From Octopus sinensis (lineage: Eukaryota), in the NCBI RefSeq assembly GCF_006345805.1, contig NC_043006.1:15190001-15254000 (forward strand): a stretch of 64,000 nucleotides of DNA, in the 5' to 3' direction. The notes beneath the pieces were generated by a model. It was not told where the DNA came from and ran no database searches. It saw nothing but the letters and a program-made list of their open reading frames with translations. Shown here piece after piece: positions 11,621 to 24,259 of the stretch (the first letter of the stretch is position 1; each line of letters starts with the position of its first letter). The position numbers and the translations under genes were made by a program.

Positions 11621-13079
11621 TAGCTATTTCTTCTACTAAAAAGGGAGATCTCAGTAAAAACAGCAATTGGAAGGCAGACACAAACAGGTAAGAGAGAATG
11701 AATTGACGGCAATCTATCATACAATTTTAAGTTATCTACGGACGTACGTTTCGAAATCAAGTTTTTAGGAAAGCATAAGAATTAATATTAAATAATTCTA
11801 TCTCACCAAAACTTCTTTTCTCTTCAGCGTAGATACTATAATCATAAATGATTATATATTGAATTTTGAGATACTAGAAGGCACCAACTCAACTCAGTAT
11901 CAGAGCGAGCTAGAATCCGCAACTAGTATCACCAAATTCAATGTGTGAATGAAAAGATTGTGTCACCAGCCCCTTCCCACCCGCGTGCAGCCAAAACAAG
12001 ATGCTGTGGTCATCTACTGAGATAAAATATGGTTATCCGTAATAATGAAGGGTGAAATTAATTAATTTGGAATAATTATCAATTACACCAAGTAGTCTTC
12101 GGCATGTAAAAGCCTCATTCGAGGAAAATTTAAGTAATACTAAGCAATAAAGGGTTTAGCAACGAATTGCCTTACCACATACCGAATTTAGAAATACAGT
12201 CAAAGAGTTATAGCTATTTCTTCTACTAAAAAGGGAGATCTCAGTAAAAACAGCAATTGGAAGGCAGACACAAACAGGTAAGAGAGAATGAATTGACGGC
12301 AATCTATCATACAATTTTAAGTTATCTACGGACGTACGTTTCGAAATCAAGTTTTTAGGAAAGCATAAGAATTAAATATTAAATAATTCTATCTCACCAA
12401 AACTTCTTTTCTCTTCAGCGTAGAATACTATAATCATAAATGATTATATATTAAGGCAATTCGTTGCTAAACCCTTTATTGCTTAGTATTACTTAAATTT
12501 TCCTCGAATGAGGCTTTTACATGCCGAAGACTACTTGGTGTAATTGATAATTATTCCAAATTAATTAATTTCACCCTTCATTATTACGGATAACCATATT
12601 TTATCTCAGTAGATGACCAGCATCTTTTTTTGGCTACACGCGGGTGGGAAGGGGCTGGTGACACAATCGTTTCATTCACAAATTGAATTCGGTGATACTA
12701 GTTGCGGATTCTAGCTCGCTCTGATACTGAGTTGAGTTGGTGCCTTCTAGTATCTCAAAATTCAATATATAATCATTTATGATTATAGTATTCTACGCTG
12801 AAGAGAAAAGAAGTTTTGGTGAGATAGATAGAATTATTTAATATTTAATTCTTATGCTTCCTAAAAACTTGATTTCGAAACGTACGTCCGTAGATAACTT
12901 AAAATTGTATGATAGATTGCCGTCAATTCATTATCTCTTACCTGTTTGTGTCTGCCTTCCAATTGCTGTTTTTACTGAGATCTCCCTTTTTAGTAGAAGA
13001 AATAGCTATAACTCTTTGACTGCTATTTCTAAATTCGGTATGTGGTAAGGCAATTCGTTGCTAAACCCTTTATTGCTTA

Positions 13080-13081
<2 letters not shown>
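11621..13081. repeat. About 590-bp unit in direct and inverted tandem (a-b-c-a | b'-a'-c'-b')
   Basis: a=11621-11860 and 12211-12452; b=11861-12174; c=12175-12210; reverse complements at 12453-13081; bounded by (TA)n. Confidence 0.9.
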
Positions 13082-13162
<81 letters not shown>

Positions 13163-13222
13163 ATATATATATGTATATACATATGTATATATATAGATGT
13201 ATGCATCTATATATACGTATAT

Positions 13223-13304
<82 letters not shown>

Positions 13305-13587
13305 TATATGTATATATAAGAGAAGAAAATGGATACAGTAACAATAGGAAACTCGTGGTTTACGCTGGCATGTCTTTAATTAAATAGGTAAGAAAGAAGG
13401 AAGAAGCAGAGATGTATGTATATTTGTATATATATGTACATATGTGTGTATATATATTGTTTGTTCCTTCTCGAGCCATGCCTGGCTCATAAGGACGGTT
13501 TCCCGGTTTCCTTGGCGCATAGGTTCCCCACCTACTCAGTGTTCTCTTCTTCCGTGTGCCCACTCACTCGTATATATATTATATATA

Positions 13588-13626
<39 letters not shown>

Positions 13627-13821
13627 TATATATATATATAATATATATATAATATATATATATATTGATTTGTTTCCGTGCTGCTTCACGATTCGCAGGC
13701 CCTCGGGTTCACGTTAGGGTCCTACGAAACGTTAAGTAACACAGAACCGAATCAAACTGTTTTAAATAATACATGTGAACCCTACTAATTGCTCTCTTCT
13801 TCCGTGTGTCCACTCACTCGT

Positions 13822-16465
13822 ATATACAGACCACCCCAAACGCCCCTACCATGCTTCAAGGAATGCCTCAACAGCATAAAGTGTTTCATTCAGCAGTGTC
13901 AACCTGACAACATTTTAATGATGGGAGACTTCAACCTTCCCGGGGTTGACTGGTCTACAAACAGTCTGCCGCCAGGTTCTTCTCTCTCAACTCCTGACAG
14001 GGAGGCAGTGGAATCGCTTCTTGACTTCATGGATGATTTCTTCCTGTCCCAACTGGTACTCGAACCAACGAGATGTCACAAAAACGTCTTAGACTTGATT
14101 TTCAGCAATCACACTGATACTATCCACAATATTGCAGTGGAGAAAACCCTACTCTCCGACCATGACATGGTTCTCTGTGATCTGAGATTTCACTGGCCCA
14201 AATTTCACTGGCCCAAATTTCACTGGCAAAACAAATGTCATCCCTCCTGTTCATCCATTTGACACTATGGATTTCCACAATGCAAACTGGGAAGCGATCA
14301 ATAATGATCTTGCACAAGTCGATTGGTCCTTCACGCACACATACACACCCACTAACATCAAAAAGTCCTGGCAGTCACTTGTAGACACCATCACGAACAT
14401 ATGTGCAAGACACACCCCATTAAGATCTGCAAACAAATCTAAGTGTCGAATCCCTAGAAATAGAAAATCTCTCATAAGGAAAATTAAAAGAATTAACAAA
14501 AAGATCAACATGCTGAAATACTGTCACCAGCAACACACCAACTTGACTGCCATCTCGTCCCTAGAGATTAAAAAACATAAACTCCAAAACAACATGATGT
14601 CTATCATCAATAGTCAGCGAAGAGCTGAAGAGGCCTGGGCCATTGAGAAGATCAAACTCAATCCCAAAGTGTTCTTTTCATTTGCAAAAAAAACACAGTG
14701 TCACTGGTTCTACTGTTGGCCCTCTGATTGATGAAAATGGTACTCTTCAAGACAATGCCAAAACCATGGGAGAGATATTGCAGAAACAATATTGCTCTGT
14801 TTTCAGCAATCCTGATATGACTGATCTGGGCTGTATCAGTGATGTTACTCCCCAATACACTTTATCGGACATAACATTTGGCGCTCCTGATGTCTTAGCA
14901 GCAATAAAGGAAATGAAGCATAATTCAGCAGTAGGTCCCGATAGGTTCCCTGCTTGTGTCTTGAAGATGTGTCAAAACCAACTTGCACCCCCTCTAGCCA
15001 ATCTGTGGCGGAACTCACTGGATGCTGGATATATACCAGAAGACCTTTTATCCCAGTCTGTTGTCCCAGTTTTCAAAAAAGGAAACAATCGCTTGCCGTG
15101 AATTACCGTCCAATCTCACTCACCTCTCATATCATCAAGGTATTTGAGAGGGTGCTGAGATCGCGTATGACTCACTTCCTTGAGAGTCATAATATGCTGA
15201 ACCCCAACCAGCATGGATTCCGTAATGGGAGAGATTGCCTGACGCAGCTACTGCATCATTTTGATGACATTTTGAGAGCCTTGGGAGAAGGTTCCAACAC
15301 TGATGTCATCTACCTTGATTTCAGCAAGGCCTTTGACAGGGTTGATCATAAGATCCTTCTGAGAAAGCTGTCCAATATTGGTGTCACTGCAAAGCTGCTG
15401 CAGTGGATCAAGTGCTTCCTGTCTAACAGAACCCAACATGTTGTAGTCGAAGGAGTCAAATCCAGCCCAGCCAAAGTCAGCAGTGGTGTCCCACAAGGCA
15501 CTGTGTTGGGCCCACTTCTCTTCATCATCTACATAAATGATATTACTGACACCATCAAACACAGTAACATCAGAACCTTCGCTGGTGATTCCAAGCTCCA
15601 GAAGGTCATCAATGGCGTGGATGACCGAATAAACCTTCAGTCAGACCTACTGGCTGTTGTCCAATGGGCGGAAAAGAATAACATGTTGCTAAATGAAGAC
15701 AAATTCGAACTGATCCACTTTGGAAGGGAGGACGCTCTGAAACTCCCATACTCTCTTCCTTCTGGAGAAATTCTCATGGCATCCAACAACATCAGAGACT
15801 TGGGAGTAACAGTGGATAACAACATAAGCTGGGCTACACATATAAGCAGCAAAGTTGACATGGCCCGCAGAATGTGTTCCTGGATTCTCAGAACCTTCCA
15901 GTCGAGAGATTCCCACGCTATTATCCTTCTCTTCTCCACTTTTGCCCGACCCCACCTTGAATACTGCTGTCCACTGTGGTCTCCCTACACAAAACAAAAT
16001 ATTATGAGAATTGAAGCTCCCCAAAGGTCAATAACAAAAAAGATAGATGGCATGTCAGACCTTGACTACTGGGGTAGACTAGAGAAGCTGAAATTGTATT
16101 CACTTCAACGACGCCGTGAACGCTACATTATCTGTATGATGTGGAAAATATTCCATCAGCACTGTCCGAATGATGTTGGCATCACCTTCAAAATGCATCC
16201 AAGGCTTGGACCACGTGCCATCCGTCCACAACAAAAATCTAAATCGCATCACATAACGACAATACGGCACAACTATTTCACCTCAATTGGACCCGCTCTC
16301 TTCAACATTACACCAGGACACGTCAAAACAGAAACTGACCCCACAAAATTCAAGAAGTCTTTGGACAAATTCCTTCAAACAGTACCGGACAAACCACCCA
16401 CACCCGGATATGTCTCCGCAAACAATAACTCTCTGCTCGAATGGGCCTTGGTGCCCAAATTCTGA
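13822..16465 (+). pseudogene. Disrupted LINE ORF2 in four frames (13789-14262, 14267-14731, 14643-15101, 14954-16465)
   Basis: Breaks near 14262, 14690 and 15090; catalytic FADD reads FAGD; 15-bp in-frame triplication FHWPK near 14190-14230. Confidence 0.85.
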
Positions 16466-16552
16466 ACTGAAAGACTTCGCCAGGTGGTGCTATTAAGTTA
16501 GACATGGCCTGGGCCAATACTGGCCAAAACCTTTCTAAGTTATTCTAAGTTA
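13822..16552 (+). mobile_element. CR1/L2-group LINE, 5'-truncated ORF2 (APE endonuclease C-terminal part plus reverse transcriptase) with 3' tail
   Basis: IYRPP, MGDFNLP, LDLIFSN, SDHDMV, GPDRFP, YRPISLTS, LDFSKAFDRVDH, SGVPQGTVLGPLLFIIYIND, RDLGV; 3' repeat (ttctaagtta)2. Confidence 0.95.
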
Positions 16553-16568
16553 TATATATATATATATA

Positions 16569-16600
<32 letters not shown>

Positions 16601-16916
16601 ATAGAAATATTAAAATTACTAAGTCTCTCTAAAAGAGAACACGGCAGCGTTCCCGGAAAATAATAGTTATCGCCATACTAATATGTTGGAGTGAATACAA
16701 TTTCAGCTTCTCTAGTCTACCCCAGTAGTCAAGGTCTGACATGCCATCTATCTTTTTTGTGATTGACCTTTGGGGAGCTTCAATTCTCATAATATTTTGT
16801 TTTGTGTAGGGAGACCACAGTGGACAGCAGTATTCAAGGTGGGGTCGGGCAAAAGTGGTGAAGAGAAGGATATTATTCTTATTTTTATAAGAATGCCATA
16901 TTAGTATGGCGATAAC

Positions 16917-16921
<5 letters not shown>
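16601..16921 (-). mobile_element. About 190-bp inverted copy of the CR1-like LINE bracketed by a ~25-bp inverted repeat
   Basis: 16685-16875 is the reverse complement of about 15920-16108 with 3 substitutions; flanks atagttatcgccatactaatatg / catattagtatggcgataactat. Confidence 0.9.
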
Positions 16922-16963
<42 letters not shown>

Positions 16964-16968
<5 letters not shown>

Positions 16969-17114
16969 TTGTATATACGCATTTACACGTATGTATGTAA
17001 TATTATATAAAATGTAAAATACCTATATAAAGTTACAAAGTTAAAACTACAACACAATTCTTCCACACAAAAATATACATTCATACGTACATATATTTTC
17101 TACCTCCATACACG

Positions 17115-17146
<32 letters not shown>

Positions 17147-17153
17147 TAATATA

Positions 17154-17184
<31 letters not shown>

Positions 17185-17195
17185 AATATATACAT

Positions 17196-17229
<34 letters not shown>

Positions 17230-17365
17230 TATGTTATTATGTGCATGTAATCAACCAGCTCCTTATAAATTAGCAAATGCATGATTATTCACATATACAC
17301 ATATATACATTTATGCACATATAGATGTATACATAAACATATATCCCACATACAGGTATATATAC

Positions 17366-17409
<44 letters not shown>

Positions 17410-18845
17410 CATACACACACACAAACCCACACTCACACACACACATATATATAAAGTATATTCATATATGTTTATACGTATATATATATTAAACGTCAGG
17501 ATTCGAGTGAATCAGATACTTAAATGGCAAAACACTGGGTCAGGTGAAAAGGGAAAAATGGAAATCGTGTATACTACGCAATCAGAAGAACAAATACCTA
17601 GATACCGAAGTATAGACAGATAACTATTCCAGTTGTATTAACCACACCTGACTGAGTATATTATGAGCGCCAAGTCTGTATTTAGGAACACACACTTCAG
17701 CGGTTGTACTGCACTTAAAAGACACTGGATCCACGCTTATAGCAGGTTCCGAGTAAGGGGAATAATAAATAATAGCAACAGATGGATAAAGGTTTCTTTG
17801 CTACAGCTGTTTCCGACGAGTTTTTTCATTGATGAATAGAGATTCGGTTGATTATCACTGGTCAGGGCGTCATGAAATGGCATACACTGGTGATTTTTGG
17901 AATGTTTTATTAAATGTGTGATTCGTGTACGAAAATGTTTCTTTTTCGCACGATATAATATCTCTATTCATCAATTATAAATAAGCTGGAAACAGCTGTA
18001 GTGAGTGAATCATTACCCATCTGTTGTTATATAATCAGCCAAAATTGCGAAGATAATCTGGTACTTGACTGAGGAAAAGAAAACTTCGAATGACCCGTCC
18101 TTGTTTTCTTTGTATCGTCTATCTGGATGTTTTGTTGTCCCATTTTTGTTTCACCTAACTGTCCGGATGTTTTGCGTTCTTGTCCCATTTTGTATTTGAT
18201 ATATATATATATATATTATATATAAAGTATTATTAGAGACAAAACCACTATTTTGCAAAACAAACAAGGAAATATTGATTAAGTCTTTCCTTGTTTGTTT
18301 TGCAAAATAGTGGTTTTGTCTCTAATAATATTTTATTATATTTTACTATAAAATTGGATTTAATCCTAAATCTGATTTTTTCCCTGTAAATTTGGATTTA
18401 TTCCCTAATATTTATTATTATATTTATATATATATATATAGTATTCAACTATAAGTTCATTACATCTAATAGCAGAAACAGCAGTAAACTAATGAAGTTC
18501 ATAATAATTGTTGATTCTTTTGTTGTTCTAATTCCTTATTACTGCTTTTTACTCGTGTGACGCTTCGCTCTGAAGCATAAGTACAAACGTATATCGAGTT
18601 CTAGTGCCAGATTATTAGTATCGGTATGCCTAAACGAAATATCAGTATGGATATCAATATATATATATATATATATCTTTGTATATACGCATTTACACGT
18701 ATGTATGTAATATTATATAAAATGTAAAATACCTATATAAAGTTACAAAGTTAAAACTACAACACAATTCTTCCACACAAAAATATACATTCATACGTAC
18801 ATATATTTTCTACCTCCATACACGTATATATATATATATAATATA

Positions 18846-18900
<55 letters not shown>

Positions 18901-20351
18901 ATATACATACATACACACACACACACACATATATATATTATGTTATTATGTGCATGTAATCAACCAGCTCCTTATAAATTAGCAAATGCATGATTATTCA
19001 CATATACACATATATACATTATGCACATATAGATGTATACATAAACATATATCCCACATACAGGTATATATACATAATATATATATTATATATATATATA
19101 AATATATACATACACACACACAACCCACACTCACACACACACATATATATAAAGTATATTCATATATGTTTATACGTATATATATATAAACGTCAGGATT
19201 CGAGTGAATCAGATACTTAAATGGCAAAACACTGGGTCAGGTGAAAAGGGAAAAATGGAATCGTGTATACTACGCAATCAGAAGAACAAATACCTAGATA
19301 CCGAAGTATAGACAGATAACTATTCCAGTTGTATTAACCACACCTGACTGAGTATATTATGAGCGCCAGTCTGTATTTAGGAACACACACTTCAGCGGTT
19401 GTACTGCACTTAAAAGACACTGGATCCACGCTTATAGCAGGTTCCGAGTAAGGGGAATAATAAATAATAGCAACAGATGGATAAAGGTTCTTTGCTACAG
19501 CTGTTTCCGACGAGTTTTTTCATTGATGAATAGAGATTCGGTTGATTATCACTGGTCAGGGCGTCATGAAATGGCATACACTGGTGATTTTTGGAATGTT
19601 TTATTAAATGTGTGATTCGTGTACGAAAATGTTTCTTTTTCGCACGATATAATATCTCTATTCATCAATTATAAATAAGCTGGAAACAGCTGTAGTGAGT
19701 GAATCATTACCCATCTGTTGTTATATAATCAGCCAAAATTGCGAAGATAATCTGGTACTTGACTGAGGAAAAGAAAACTTCGAATGACCCGTCCTTGTTT
19801 TCTTTGTATCGTCTATCTGGATGTTTTGTTGTCCCATTTTTGTTTCACCTAACTGTCCGGATGTTTTGCGTTCTTGTCCCATTTTGTATTTGATATATAT
19901 ATATATATATTTATATATAAAGTATTATTAGAGACAAAACCACTATTTTGCAAAACAAACAAGGAAATATTGATTAAGTCTTTCCTTGTTTGTTTTGCAA
20001 AATAGTGGTTTTGTCTCTAATAATATTTTATTATATTTTACTATAAAATTGGATTTAATCCTAAATCTGATTTTTTCCCTGTAAATTTGGATTTATTCCC
20101 TAATATTTATTATTATATTTATATATATATATATATAGTATTCAACTATAAGTTCATTACATCTAATAGCAGAAACAGCAGTAAACTAATGAAGTTCATA
20201 ATAATTGTTGATTCTTTTGTTGTTCTAATTCCTTATTACTGCTTTTTACTCGTGTGACGCTTCGCTCTGAAGCATAAGTACAAACGTATATCGAGTTCTA
20301 GTGCCAGATTATTAGTATCGGTATGCCTAAACGAAATATCAGTATGGATAT

Positions 20352-20353
<2 letters not shown>
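16964..20353. repeat. Near-identical 1.7-kb tandem duplication (16964-18658 and 18675-20353)
   Basis: Copies differ by single-base indels and microsatellite length; boundaries lie in (TA)n. Confidence 0.95.
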
Positions 20354-20399
<46 letters not shown>

Positions 20400-20519
20400 A
20401 GGGTGAAAAATTGGATATTAATTTAATAATACCATCAATTCAACACCAAGTGGCTTAGCGCATAAAAACCAGGGATACAATAAAAATTTATACACAAATA
20501 TAATAGAGTGACCACTATA

Positions 20520-20925
20520 TGGTCGACTCTAGCGCTAAAAATAGATCCGCTATGGTATTAGCCCCCCAAAAATTGTTTCCAAGGAGAATCAACACAACAT
20601 TTAACGTAAACGAGCAGGGCAAATGAAAAATAAAAAAAATATATATTTCTGGTTGAAATACACCGAAAAATGGCGACGCAGTTGTTAAAAAATCGTAAAA
20701 AATAGGGATTTTCATAGAAAAAAAAGCACCTTTTTGATGTAAATAATTTTTTGTGTTAACATGGTCCGATTTGAATTTGTCTTCTACAGAAGTAAGAGCA
20801 AGCCTTTTTCTATCATACTCTCAATTTTGGTCAACTTGCGCCGCAGGGTCTCGGAGAAGATAGTGTTAGTTGAAGGCTACCAAACCTGCCATACACAGAC
20901 AACTACAGCTTTATATAGATAGAGA
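20520..20925 (-). mobile_element. Helitron-like element sharing its 5' part with 41310-41681
   Basis: tctctatctatataaagctg...ggcaggtttggtagccttcaa...gttgaccaaaattgagagtatgatag; 3' end differs and is uncertain. Confidence 0.65.
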
Positions 20926-20966
20926 CATATATGTGTGTATAACATATATAATGCATATGCATACAT

Positions 20967-21006
<40 letters not shown>

Positions 21007-21829
21007 CGCGCGTGCATGTGTGTGTGTTTTGCGTAATTTTCAGGTAACGGTCGTTTCAATCTCACTGTAGCAGCATTTCGTAGGTGCCTGCCGCCATATT
21101 TATCTGCGTTAAAATAATAAATGTGCTCCTACTTGAGAGAATTGATTTATTCAAAGTTTAATCACCCAAGTACAATCTAACAGCTGCATCAATAAAAAAA
21201 AAATGTGTGTAAAATGTAATAATTCAATGTAATACTTGTAGAATATAAAGGAAGAAAGAATACTGTAAGAAATACATAAAACCTGGAATGCGTAAAACGA
21301 AAAACTAACAAAAGCCATTCGTTGTTTTTTTAGTGTAAAAATATCGAATGTTTTACTCATAGAAATAAAACCATTACTTCATCTTCTTAACGAGTCTTCC
21401 GGGAAATATTATAATTTGTTAGGCTTGCAATTTGTTAGGGTTACAATTTGTTAGGCTTGCGAAATCTTTTTTAGATCCCATGGACATCTGTCTTGACTGT
21501 CTGTCTGTCTGTCTGTCTGTCTCTGTCTCTCTCTCTCGCGTGCACGCAAGCACTCACGACCCTCCCTCCACCACCACACATTTATGTATTTGTTTTGCCA
21601 GATCCTTGATGTGAAATCATAAGTTGAAATAGATATCGTTATACTTGGGGTGGTCATATTTTGCCAATTAAACACACGCACTATATATTTGGTCTTCACT
21701 TCAGCTTTATTATTATTATTATCATTTTAGTTTCTTTGTCAGAGCTCTTTCGTCGCCCATCCTGTGATCGCTTTAGCGACCCTCTATCCCATGTATCTCC
21801 TCTTGTTCTGCTTATTCCGAAGAATAAAA

Positions 21830-23000
21830 AAAGGCAAAGTAATGTCGTCTGGTGGTGTAGAACTACCCAACGGCAGGAAAATCAAGGATATTGAGACTGA
21901 TGAATATAAGTATCTGGGTATTTTAGAGTATGACAAAATCAAAGAGAGTGAGATTAAAGAGAGCTTTAGGCGAGAATAGCCCAGAAGAACCAAATTAATT
22001 ATTGGAAGTAGACTCAATGGAAAGAACAAGATCAAGGCAATGAATACATGGGCTGTTTCCTTAATGCAATACGTCTCAGGTGTTGTTAGGTGGACAAAGA
22101 ACGAGCTTGAGGAAATGGATAGAAAAACGAGGAAAGTGTTGACAATTAACAAGGAACTGCACCCCAAAAGCGATATTGATAGACGGTATGTGCCCAAGGA
22201 ACAAGGAAGAGGCCACATAGAATGTAAGATCTGTGTTGTCAACGAGGAGAAGATTCTGGGATGGCACATCAAAGAGCAAAGTAAACCCTTGCTTGCCGCT
22301 GTTAGAAATAATACCTACCTAAAATATGGCACACTCAAAAACATGTAAGACTCAAGATGAGGTACAATACCTCAGAGAAATCGAATGGAAAAACAAGACC
22401 AACACCTGAAGGTGGCTAAAAAAGTGATCTGAAAGGATGCACTGCGGAATTTATATGCAGCACCCAGGAATAAGTTCTGAGAACTGATTACACCAAGTTC
22501 CAAATAGATAAGAACAGTGAATCACCCTTTTGTAGGCCGTGTAGCAGCAAAAACGATACAATCTCACATATTGTGAGTGAATGTAGTAAGTTGACCCAAA
22601 AGCATTACAAGAGGATGCGTGATTAGGTGGCAAAGTTTATTCACTGGAGTCTGAGTGAAAAGTACGGTCTGGAAAATGGCACAAACATGAACCAAAGGGC
22701 GTCAGGGAGAACAATGAACAATGATCGAGTGACACCCTAGTCGAAGCACAGGGACCAGACATTATTGTAGTTGACAAAAGAAAAAGGGAAACTAAAATCA
22801 TAGATATTGCCATACCTGGGAATACACGTGTAGGTGAGAAAGATCTGGCAAAGGTGGAAAAATACAAATTACGAATTTGCAAGAATGTGCACCACGAGTA
22901 GAGTAACTGTTATCATAGTAGCTGTAGGGGCGCTCGGAGCACTAACAACCAAGTTCGAGATATATGTCGGAGAAACCGGAAAACTACTCTACCGAACACT
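21830..23000 (+). mobile_element. Dong/R4-clade LINE, degenerate 3' part (RT C-terminus, CCHC knuckle, REL endonuclease)
   Basis: YKYLGILE, NKIKAMNTWAV, MDRKTRKVLT, HPKSDIDR, TISHIVSEC, PDIIVVDK...IIDIAIP, VGALG; multiple stops. Confidence 0.85.
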
Positions 23001-23987
23001 GATATGATTTTGAGTTTGGTGATTAAGTGCAGAGTATCTTCCACGATAATTAACATCCAAGTCATTCAAGTTCCAAATCTTGTAATTTGCGGAAAGAGGT
23101 CCTGTGAGACCTCTGCCAATATTTTGCTTGCTGTTCTCACAGAATCGACCAGAGCAGATAAGGCAGAGAGCTCTGAGAATTAAAACAACAACAACGACAA
23201 TAATAATAATAATAATTTCTAATAATTCTACTGGGCCAAACGTTTTACAAAAGAAATTTTATAGTCCATCGAATTTACATCAAAATAATATTTGCATCAT
23301 CTTATCAATTTCGAGCAACAAAAATCAAAGTCAGAACTGTGAAATTCGAACACAGAACGTAAGTGAATATATTTATATACTAAAGGAAAAATTTAACTCC
23401 AGGTTCACAATCGTTCCTGTCTTCTTTCCGCCATCAATTCTTAAGATGAAACACTTTCTCAAATTAGATGCGGTCCATTATGAAAATATGAAAGAACAGC
23501 TTTATAGCTGAAGAAATTCATCTATTCTTGATTGAAGACTGTGTGATTTGAACTCAGAACATAAGAAGCGGTAACTAAATACTGCATTGTACTAGCATTT
23601 AATCCGAAACTTAGCCGTTTTCGCTACACCACACGACCTAGAGATATTTAAGAAATAATGATAAAGCTGATTAGTACATTGTTCTTAATTAGTGGGTTTG
23701 TGATTACTTCGTTTTGCTAAAACGACAAAGATAATAGAGAAACTTAGCCTGAGACAACCCACTCAGTCTTTGATCATTGCCTTAATAATGAAATTAAAAG
23801 TTCTAAGTAATGAATGTGTTTTTGTCATGCCAACATACAACTCTATATATTTTCTTAGAAGCTCCTTGAGCGAAATAACTTCGCTAATACAAAGAAACAG
23901 ATTTAATCAGTTTTTCACAGAAATGAAGCTTAAAGAGGAGAGAAATGTTCCTTTTGCTGGAAAATGAGCGGTGAAGTTGATAAAGAC

Positions 23988-24200
23988 TTCAGCCACTTGA
24001 CTGCAAAATTTTGAGATCGTTCAGTGATATGAAACCGGTCTCTTTAAAGTGATCTGCAATAAAATTTCCCATTAAAATCTCTTGTTAATTTATGTTCGAA
24101 AAATTAGCTTAATAACGAAAGTTATTTTACTATATTTATAATTTTCGAAATTAATTGCAATATAGGGTGTATGTTAATGGTGATGCGGTAACAAATGGGT
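23988..24200. mobile_element. Degenerate piggyBac-type MITE
   Basis: End ggtaacaaatggg|ttaa resembles the TIR at 62483-62697; other end decayed. Confidence 0.4.
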
Positions 24201-24259
24201 TAACGTACATAGCAATAGACTGAGTAGTAGGAAAAGTAAAACAGGTCGGTTAATAAAGT

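Noticed and set aside
15248-16024. Minus-strand ORFs of 60-111 aa
   Set aside because: Antisense shadows of the LINE RT frame
21415-21465. Telomere-like repeat (ttagggtt within a 16-bp triplet)
   Set aside because: A single TTAGGG in a short local triplication, not a telomeric array
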